The notes below the pieces were generated by a model that searched no databases, was not told where the DNA came from, and was given only the letters and a program-made list of their open reading frames with translations. Position numbers and translations under genes: made by a program. Of a stretch of DNA of 27,053 nucleotides, positions 1-6,152 are shown one piece after another. The DNA comes from a virus (Duplodnaviria > Caudoviricetes), in IMG/VR virus record IMGVR_UViG_3300005326_000112, positions 1 through 27,053 of that record. The stretch is one strand, 5' to 3'. The first letter of the stretch is position 1. Every line of letters begins with the position of its first letter.

Positions 1-15
1 AAGACAGGAGGTGAT

Positions 16-198
16 ATGATGACGACCGACAACGCCGCCTGGATGCGGGAGCAATACGGCGAGACGCAGGGCAAGACCTGCGGGGAGTGCAGGCTGTGGT
101 CCCTGTGTTATTTGGCGCAGCACTGCAACGGCGAGAAGCTCCGCAAGCGCGACGCCGCCTGCGAGAAGTTCGAGGAGAGGAGCGAGCGGGATGAGTGA
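16..198 (+). CDS. Small Cys-rich phage protein (putative Zn-binding)
   Basis: SD AGGAGGTG just upstream; CGEC...C...C...C pattern. Confidence 0.7.
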   Translation: MMTTDNAAWMREQYGETQGKTCGECRLWSLCYLAQHCNGEKLRKRDAACEKFEERSERDE

Positions 199-395
199 AA
201 ACAAGACTGCATCTAATCGAGCAGTTCAACGAGGAGATAGAGCCTCCAAGCGAGTTGGGATGGGCCGATGATATTGGCTCCCGAGAATGGTATCAGGCGC
301 GGTGTGATGTCCTCAGTGCGGTGAAGATGAAATTGCTCGCGAAGAATGTCGCCCTCACTGCCGAGCGGGATGCGCTGCGGGAGAGGCTGGGATGA
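195..395 (+). CDS. Hypothetical phage protein with coiled-coil C-terminus
   Basis: GTGA overlap with the upstream stop; heptad-like LTAERDALRERL. Confidence 0.55.
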   Translation: MKTRLHLIEQFNEEIEPPSELGWADDIGSREWYQARCDVLSAVKMKLLAKNVALTAERDALRERLG

Positions 396-434
396 AATAG
401 AAAAATTCCTCGCCGAGGGCGAGAAGGAGGGCGA

Positions 435-683
435 ATGATTACAGAATCTATTTTTGATGGGACTACTGTTGTGGTGCCAATGGCAGAAGTGCAGCATATT
501 GTTAAGACGATTCTTGCACGTAATGCGCTTCCGGCCATACAAATTATCACCTCGCACACGAAATATAACAGGGAGGTAGATGACTGGGAAAACCCAATCT
601 TTCTTCAGGGGGATGAGGCGGCCGAATTTATGAAGGCATGGTGCAATTATCGACGCGAGAAGGAGGAGAGCGATGGCGACTGA
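435..683 (+). CDS. Hypothetical phage protein
   Basis: SD AAGGAGG upstream; globular-looking 82 aa. Confidence 0.75.
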   Translation: MITESIFDGTTVVVPMAEVQHIVKTILARNALPAIQIITSHTKYNREVDDWENPIFLQGDEAAEFMKAWCNYRREKEESDGD

Positions 684-936
684 GCCCATGTGCGGAAAAT
701 GTCTTCACTTGTCGTGTTGTACCCATTACGGTGTCGATGCAAAGACAGATTCCTGCATATTTCGGGATGAGCGATTCTTTGACCTCGCCGCCCATGACAA
801 GCGCATCCGCAACGAGGGCATAACGGCGCTGGAGGAGGCGCTGCTGGATGGGCAATATCCAGGGTGGTTCTTCGTGGTGGACGAGGCGACGAGGCAACAT
901 ATCACCCAACATGCCGCACGGCTGAGAGGAGAGTGA
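673..936 (+). CDS. Hypothetical Cys-rich phage protein
   Basis: SD AGGAGG upstream; CGKC..CC..C motif; overlaps the previous gene. Confidence 0.7.
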   Translation: MATEPMCGKCLHLSCCTHYGVDAKTDSCIFRDERFFDLAAHDKRIRNEGITALEEALLDGQYPGWFFVVDEATRQHITQHAARLRGE

Positions 937-942
937 GGGAGG

Positions 943-1077
943 ATGTGGTTTTGTCCATTATGTGATGGCAAAAATTGTGTAGGAGTATGCCCTGCAGAGC
1001 CAGGGAAATGCTGTGGAATTACCAACTGCGATGTATGCCCCAAGGCGCAGCAGAGGGAGGCCCTCGATGAAGCCTAA
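943..1077 (+). CDS. 44-aa, 8-Cys microprotein (not in the ORF track)
   Basis: Own translation MWFCPLCDGKNCVGVCPAEPGKCCGITNCDVCPKAQQREALDEA; purine-rich SD-like GAGGGAGG upstream; fills the gap between neighbours. Confidence 0.6.
   Translation: MWFCPLCDGKNCVGVCPAEPGKCCGITNCDVCPKAQQREALDEA
1056..1075 (+). repeat. 20-bp direct repeat, copy 1 (SD plus start codon)
   Basis: GGAGGCCCTCGATGAAGCCT; 19/20 identical to 1657-1676. Confidence 0.85.
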
Positions 1078-1678
1078 AACAGTAACGATTATCGGAATCC
1101 TAAAATGGCGACCTTGCATGGAATACACGAGAGCTAGGCTGAAAGAACTTTTCGGCGAACGAAAAAATATAACGATGTCCGAATTGCTGGAGTTGCCCAT
1201 CAGGGATATCGACAGGATATGGGGCGGCATACGGATGTTGACTCCGAAGTATCAGGCACTGTGGGCCCTCGACGTAGCGGAGCACGTCCATCACATTTGG
1301 GCGGCAAAATATCCGCAGGACAACAGACCTGCCGAGGCGCTCCGGCTAGGACGGAGGTGCATTGAAAATCCTACAGACGAAAATGTCGTTGCTGCTGCTG
1401 ATGCTGAAGCTGCTGCTGAAGCTGCTGCTGATGCCGCTGCTGAAGCTGGATCTGCTGCCGATGCCGCTGCTGCTGCTCGCTGGGTGGCTGCTGCTGCTCG
1501 CTGGGTTGCGGCTGATGCTGCTGCCGATGCCGCTGCTGAAGCGGGATCTGCTGCGGATGCCGCTACTGTTGCTCACTGGGCGGCTGCTGCTGCTCGCGAT
1601 GCTGCTGATGCTGAACAAAAATGGCAGATCCAGCACCTGCTGGAGATTGCGGAATTGGAGGCCCCCGATGAAGCCTGA
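1067..1678 (+). CDS. Imm5-like domain phage protein with Ala-rich repeat tract
   Basis: ATG 1067 with SD GGAGG at 1056-1060; motif ALWALDVAEHV.HIW...YP.DNRP.EA...(Ala tract)...AEQKWQ. Confidence 0.7.
   Translation: MKPKTVTIIGILKWRPCMEYTRARLKELFGERKNITMSELLELPIRDIDRIWGGIRMLTPKYQALWALDVAEHVHHIWAAKYPQDNRPAEALRLGRRCIENPTDENVVAAADAEAAAEAAADAAAEAGSAADAAAAARWVAAAARWVAADAAADAAAEAGSAADAATVAHWAAAAARDAADAEQKWQIQHLLEIAELEAPDEA
1391..1612 (+). repeat. GCT-rich imperfect tandem repeats encoding a poly-Ala tract
   Basis: Duplicated blocks AAADAAAEAGSAADAA (about 1421-1468 and 1517-1564) and AAARWV twice. Confidence 0.9.
1657..1676 (+). repeat. 20-bp direct repeat, copy 2
   Basis: GGAGGCCCCCGATGAAGCCT. 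Confidence 0.85.
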
Positions 1679-1742
1679 AGAGATTGCGGAGGTGCGGAGA
1701 CAGGTCGAAGTATGCACGGGTAAGTGGGAGGAGATGCCATGA
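1668..1742 (+). CDS. 24-aa micro-ORF or gene remnant (MKPEEIAEVRRQVEVCTGKWEEMP)
   Basis: SD GGAGG from repeat copy 2; ATGA overlap with the next gene. Confidence 0.4.
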   Translation: MKPEEIAEVRRQVEVCTGKWEEMP

Positions 1743-1957
1743 AAGTCGCCGAGTGCAGGGGATGCAAACTCTTGCAGGGGTGTCCCACATATTGGTATCG
1801 ATGTAAAAGCGGGCGAGGGCTGCGCTCGCTGAAAACCTGCCCGCCGTGCTCGGAGTGCGGGGGTCGTGGAACTGTCGAGATCGTAAACGTGGTGACGGCA
1901 TGGGGGCGATGTCCTGCCTGCCACGGCACGGGGACGGCGAGGAGGGAGAAGCAGTGA
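1739..1957 (+). CDS. Small protein with DnaJ-type Zn-finger motifs
   Basis: CSECGGRG and CPACHGTG (CxxCxGxG twice) plus N-terminal Cys residues; SD GGAGGAG. Confidence 0.75.
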   Translation: MKVAECRGCKLLQGCPTYWYRCKSGRGLRSLKTCPPCSECGGRGTVEIVNVVTAWGRCPACHGTGTARREKQ

Positions 1958-2340
1958 AAGCTCTCAGCGTCCAACAACCCTGGGCGAACATGATCGCCTC
2001 GGGCCTCAAAACCATCGAGACCCGCAAGTGGTGGACCCCCTACCGGGGCGAGCTGCTCATCTGCAGCAGCCGCAAGCCCGCCATCGAGCCTGCAGGCCAG
2101 GCCATCTGCATTGTGACGCTCGTGGACTGCCGCAGGCTCACGCCGAGGGACGCTCTGGCGGCGCAGTGCCAGGATTGCCCGTATGCCGGTTTGCCCCTGG
2201 AGGAGTGGCCCCGGGCGATGTGTTGCCCAGATCTGCCGGGAGTACCCCTCTACGCCTGGGTGCTCGAAAACATCAGGTTGGTCGTGCCGTTCCCCGTTCG
2301 GGGACAACTCGGGATTTTCGAGGTGGAGATACCGCAATAG
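1954..2340 (+). CDS. ASCH domain protein
   Basis: GTG start in GTGA overlap; KALSVQQPWA..IASGLKTIETR (GxKxxExR) ..YRGELLI..AWVL..RGQLGIF. Confidence 0.9.
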   Translation: MKALSVQQPWANMIASGLKTIETRKWWTPYRGELLICSSRKPAIEPAGQAICIVTLVDCRRLTPRDALAAQCQDCPYAGLPLEEWPRAMCCPDLPGVPLYAWVLENIRLVVPFPVRGQLGIFEVEIPQ

Positions 2341-2350
2341 AGGAGGCTAG

Positions 2351-2785
2351 ATGCAGGGGAAGAGATATCTCGAACTCGATATCAATGCGCTGTACCAGGA
2401 CAGCGACAAGGTAGACTACCGCACTCTGGGCACGGCCCACGGCGATCACTGGCAGGACATCCTCGGCGAGATGATCGAGATGGAGGACCTGCTCAGGCGG
2501 CCCGGGTGGATTCGGCGCAGGTGCGAGGAGTGCGAGAATTTCGAGATGAGCAATCCCATCGATCGTGCCGCAGGATTCCGTTGGGGCGTGGACGAGTCGA
2601 AAATAGACACGTATACAGGGGAGGCCGTGAAGGTGTGCCTCGGTCATCGCAGAGGGTATGACTGGCTCGGGAGACCATCAAGACCCGGTGTCGGAGTCGA
2701 ATGTCTGAAGGGGTGCTCCGTCAACGGCGAGATCGGGCCGGCTCGGGTGTGTCTGCTGGCGGGGATGAGGGCGAAATTGCTATGA
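2351..2785 (+). CDS. Hypothetical protein with several Cys residues
   Basis: SD GAGGAGG upstream; 144-aa ORF. Confidence 0.65.
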   Translation: MQGKRYLELDINALYQDSDKVDYRTLGTAHGDHWQDILGEMIEMEDLLRRPGWIRRRCEECENFEMSNPIDRAAGFRWGVDESKIDTYTGEAVKVCLGHRRGYDWLGRPSRPGVGVECLKGCSVNGEIGPARVCLLAGMRAKLL

Positions 2786-2848
2786 AATCGACGTTTCGCA
2801 ATTTTATTGTACACATGTATAGAGAGATCCTTGCCCAGAGAGGTATCG

Positions 2849-3124
2849 ATGCAAGAGGATTTTATGCGCCGAGCGGAGAGACTCAAGACTGAACTGGAGA
2901 GGAGGGCTGACCTCCTGATTTTCGGAGGATGCGGCAAGCGCAGGCGGGGAAGACCCGCCAGGGAGGAATATCCTGTCCTGTCGGATCGGCAGATGTATGA
3001 GCGCCGTCGCCGAGAATTCAATCTGCAGCCAATCGAGTACCTCGACCTGAGCGGGAGGCTTCTTCGGCCCCCCGAGCGAGACGGAATCGACAGACTGGAG
3101 CCCCGAGAAATCGGGGCTTTTTGA
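2849..3124 (+). CDS. Hypothetical basic (Arg-rich) protein
   Basis: ATG 2849 with SD GAGAGGT; KRRRGRP motif; the 3' end overlaps a terminator. Confidence 0.5.
   Translation: MQEDFMRRAERLKTELERRADLLIFGGCGKRRRGRPAREEYPVLSDRQMYERRRREFNLQPIEYLDLSGRLLRPPERDGIDRLEPREIGAF
3099..3122 (+). terminator. Intrinsic terminator
   Basis: AGCCCCGA-GAAA-TCGGGGCT followed by TTTT. Confidence 0.75.
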
Positions 3125-3138
3125 TTTCGAGGAGGAGC

Positions 3139-3188
3139 ATGGCGAAACGTAAGGACCCCACGACATTGAGCGACCTGCGACAGGACGG
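3139..3188 (+). pseudogene. 5' remnant of a truncated gene (ParB-like N-terminus, MAKRKDPTTLSDLRQD)
   Basis: Strong SD GAGGAGGAG; GC-rich coding style stops abruptly at the antisense HNH stop codon. Confidence 0.5.
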
Positions 3189-4061
3189 TTATTGTTTCTT
3201 GTGTGCGGCTGCAGAGCACTTCATGCTGCAATATTTTCGCTCATTTCTGGTGAGAGGAAATCTAGTATGGCAATAGATGCATTCACGAGTTTTTGGCTTT
3301 TTCGTCCATCCGTGAAGAGCGTTATGGCAATCATGGCATACTGTTATGCCATTATTGATATTATATCTCAAATCGGGATCCGTTGCCCATCTTTTGATAT
3401 GATGAGCAATGAGTCTTCTTCCGATCTGCCCGCACTTTTGGCACGTAAATCGATCTCTGGAAAATACACTGTGGCGCCATTCTTTGTATTCATAACGGCT
3501 ATTGTAAATATTACGATTACGTTTATTGCCTTTGTATCGGGGATGGCTAGATCCTTTCTGGAAGTGACGAGAGGAGAGCCAAGCGGGATCTTTGGATCTT
3601 CGAGATATTCCCTCCAGAAGGCGAAGTCTAGATTCAGGGTTTGCCCATTGTTTCTGGAAATTCTCTTTGCATTTGATGCTTTTTTCTTTAGAGGAACTAG
3701 CGCACTTGTGAGAACAGAATTTCGGGTGAGCACTGGGAGAATAGCGGAATTCCTTGCCACATTGCAAACAATTTGTTTTATGAATAGGATTCTTGCACGC
3801 ACGAGAGCAATATTTTCCATGGCCAATGGCAAGGTCGCGGCGAGATGCAGAAAAGGACCGTCCACACCGTTGACAGAAAACTTCTTGTTGTCCAGAATCG
3901 ATTGGGGCATGGGGAGAGTCTTCATAAAATCTTCTTACTCGAAAAGTATAGGAACAGTCTCTCGAACAAGTTGTTTCTTTTCCAAAATGTTCAAGCCTAT
4001 ACGCATCGGCTTCATACTGTTTCCCGCATACGGGGCAGGTTCTTGAGATAATTTTCTTCAT
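3189..4061 (-). CDS. Free-standing HNH endonuclease with multiple Zn-ribbon repeats (290 aa)
   Basis: WRHSVFSRDRFTCQKC...AHHIK...NGITVCHDCH HNH core; four CxxC..CSxxC ribbons; start re-assigned to MKKII at 4061; visibly AT-rich. Confidence 0.92.
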   Translation of the reverse strand: MKKIISRTCPVCGKQYEADAYRLEHFGKETTCSRDCSYTFRVRRFYEDSPHAPIDSGQQEVFCQRCGRSFSASRRDLAIGHGKYCSRACKNPIHKTNCLQCGKEFRYSPSAHPKFCSHKCASSSKEKSIKCKENFQKQWANPESRLRLLEGISRRSKDPAWLSSRHFQKGSSHPRYKGNKRNRNIYNSRYEYKEWRHSVFSRDRFTCQKCGQIGRRLIAHHIKRWATDPDLRYNINNGITVCHDCHNALHGWTKKPKTRECIYCHTRFPLTRNERKYCSMKCSAAAHKKQ

Positions 4062-4067
4062 AATTAT

Positions 4068-4096
4068 ATTATAAAGGATATAGGAGATAAAGTCAA
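4068..4096 (-). promoter_or_regulatory. Sigma70-type promoter for the HNH gene (leaderless transcript)
   Basis: Minus strand TTGACT (4096-4091), 17-nt spacer, TATAAT (4073-4068), 6 nt, then ATG. Confidence 0.8.
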
Positions 4097-4121
4097 TGGG
4101 ATTGGACAAGAACCAATCAAT

Positions 4122-4187
4122 ATTGATCCGGTGCGCCACGACGGCGCCAGGTGGAGCGAAGTGAAGGCGGCCCTGGCAACGATGTAG
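4122..4187 (+). pseudogene. 3' remnant of the interrupted gene (IDPVRHDGARWSEVKAALATM*)
   Basis: GC-rich coding style resumes; resembles the C-terminal tails of phage DNA methyltransferases that precede terS. Confidence 0.35.
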
Positions 4188-4201
4188 CATGAGGAAATTG
4201 T

Positions 4202-4708
4202 ATGAAGCGAGGACAGAAATCACATAAATTCGAGCGGGAAATGAGGCTTGCCAGGGTAGCGGAATTGCGTAAAGAATGCCGCTATCAATGGGAGATTGCA
4301 AAAGATGTCGGAGTCAGTCAACAGCAGGTTTCCTGCGATTTTAAGACCCTCGACAAACGGCTCGCCGAGAAGCAAGAAGGGGATACGCTGGAGCACCGGA
4401 ATGCGAAGGTCGCCGAGTACGAGCACCTGAAGCGCACCTACTGGGAAGCGTGGAAGAAATCACTCGACGAGAAGACGAGCAAAACGGCAAAGAAGAAGAG
4501 CGGAGGCAAGGACGGAAAGAGCGAGGAGCAGAGTATCAAGGCAGAGGAGCGGGATGGCAATAGCGCATTCCTGGCAGGCGTGGAGCGCTGCGCAGAGGCG
4601 CAGGCAAAACTCCTGGGCCTGATGATTGAAAAGCGGGAGATAACAGGCTCCCTCACCCTCCTCGATGCGATCAAGCAGAGCATGGAAAATGATGATGCAA
4701 GATCTTAA
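4202..4708 (+). CDS. terS: Terminase small subunit (N-terminal HTH)
   Basis: QWEIAKDVGVSQQQVSCD HTH; KLLGL C-terminal motif; directly upstream of and overlapping terL. Confidence 0.8.
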   Translation: MKRGQKSHKFEREMRLARVAELRKECRYQWEIAKDVGVSQQQVSCDFKTLDKRLAEKQEGDTLEHRNAKVAEYEHLKRTYWEAWKKSLDEKTSKTAKKKSGGKDGKSEEQSIKAEERDGNSAFLAGVERCAEAQAKLLGLMIEKREITGSLTLLDAIKQSMENDDARS

Positions 4709-6152
4709 AATAATGCGAGAACACCATGAGCGATGCAGGAGCAATCCTGTGCGCTGGATACACGATATGCTGCGCCGCACATTGTGGGCGATGCAGGCGC
4801 ATATCGCGGAGGCGGTACTGCAGTATCCTCGCGTCGCCGTGCGCTCCTGTCACGGTATCGGAAAGACCGCCTTGGCGGCATCGCTGGCGCTCTGGTTCCT
4901 CTTTTCGTATAATCCGTCAATCGTCATCACCACGGCCCCTACGTTCCGCCAGGTGGAGAAACTCATCTGGCGGGAACTGCGTATGCAATACAAGGGCGTG
5001 CCGACCCCAGGCCTTGGCGGCAACTTGCTCAAGACCGAACTGAATCTCGACGAGAACTGGTATGCGATGGGCCTCAATAGCGATGAGCCCGAGCAGATAC
5101 AGGGATTCCATTCTCTGAACGTTTTCGTCATTGTAGACGAGGCGTCCGGCGTGAGCGAGAAAATGATCGAGGCGATCAATGGACTGATGGCCACAGGGCA
5201 ATTCGTGCGAATTCTCTACATCGGCAATCCCACAAGGCCCGCAGGCGAATTTTACGAGGCATTTCATCGATTCTCTGGTCTCTATCACACAATCCATGTG
5301 AGCGCATTCGATACGCCGAATTTGGCGCCCGTCAAGGACGAGTTCGATGCGGCGCAGACGAAGGCCGAGAAGCTCGCCATTCTGCGGGCGGCCCCCCTCA
5401 TTGTGCCGTATCTGACGAATCCCTCATGGGTAGCGGATATGATGGAGCGATACGGCGAGGACTCGCAGGTGTGGCAGGTGCGCGTCGAGGGAGATTTCCC
5501 GAGCGAGGCGCCTGACCAGCTCGTACCGCTGCACCTCATCGAGGCGGCCGAGAACCGGTGGGATAAACTCGCGGATACGGATCGATGGTGGTACGAGAAG
5601 AACGAGGCAAGGCTACCAGTAGAGTTGGGTTGCGATATCGCCCGATATGGCGACAGTGAGACTGTCTTCTGTCCGCGCAGCGGAGACATTGAGGCACCGC
5701 TGGAGATCCGCATGAAACAAGACACGATGGAGACGTCGGGCCAGGTGATAACGCAAGGTCGCCGATTGAAGGCACAGGTGATCCGTATCGATGCGGACGG
5801 CTTGGGCGCCGGAGTTTTCGACCGGCTGAAAGAATTGCAAATTCCAGGCATCCAGGAATTCCACGGTGGCCACAAGGCGAACGACCCCGAGATGTTCTAT
5901 AATCGCAGGAGTGAATGTTACTGGGCATTGCGGCAGCGATATGAGGACGGTACGATAGCCGTGCAGCGTGATCCTGTAAAATCGGCGCAACTCTCGACAA
6001 TCAAATACAAGACGACATCCAGAGGCCAGACGGCTATCGAAACGAAGGAGGAGATGCGCGCTCGAGGTGTGGCATCTCCCGATAGGGCGGACGCAGAGAT
6101 GATGGCGTTTTCTAGTGCGCTAAAAAAGCGGGAGCCTGGTATCCTGATATGA
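4689..6152 (+). CDS. terL: Terminase large subunit
   Basis: Walker A SCHGIGKT, Walker B VIVDEASGV, GNPT motif, nuclease GCDIARYGD and SPDRADA; start among three tandem ATGs at 4689-4695. Confidence 0.96.
   Translation: MMMQDLKIMREHHERCRSNPVRWIHDMLRRTLWAMQAHIAEAVLQYPRVAVRSCHGIGKTALAASLALWFLFSYNPSIVITTAPTFRQVEKLIWRELRMQYKGVPTPGLGGNLLKTELNLDENWYAMGLNSDEPEQIQGFHSLNVFVIVDEASGVSEKMIEAINGLMATGQFVRILYIGNPTRPAGEFYEAFHRFSGLYHTIHVSAFDTPNLAPVKDEFDAAQTKAEKLAILRAAPLIVPYLTNPSWVADMMERYGEDSQVWQVRVEGDFPSEAPDQLVPLHLIEAAENRWDKLADTDRWWYEKNEARLPVELGCDIARYGDSETVFCPRSGDIEAPLEIRMKQDTMETSGQVITQGRRLKAQVIRIDADGLGAGVFDRLKELQIPGIQEFHGGHKANDPEMFYNRRSECYWALRQRYEDGTIAVQRDPVKSAQLSTIKYKTTSRGQTAIETKEEMRARGVASPDRADAEMMAFSSALKKREPGILI

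Noticed and set aside
1362-1742. Poly-Leu 126-aa ORF resembling a membrane protein, plus the poly-Ser/Gln minus-strand ORFs here
   Set aside because: Frame shadows of the GCT repeat in the Imm5-like gene; no SD at 1362.
2782-2892. 36-aa ORF MKSTFRNF... coupled to the upstream gene
   Set aside because: It overlaps the better-supported 2849 ORF by 44 nt and has no motif; it cannot be supported either way.
3192-4046. 284-aa plus-strand ORF
   Set aside because: Antisense shadow of the motif-rich HNH gene; no recognisable features.
3189-4061. HNH as an RNA-guided (IscB/HEARO-type) or intron-encoded nuclease
   Set aside because: No RuvC or PLMP motifs, and the flanks leave no room for a large structured RNA or intron core.
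4062-4301. 80-aa N-terminal extension of the HNH ORF in the track
   Set aside because: It runs through the HNH promoter and overlaps terS; the start at 4061 fits the promoter.
3125-4700. cos/pac packaging site near terS
   Set aside because: No identifiable site by eye; the packaging mode cannot be assigned from this sequence.
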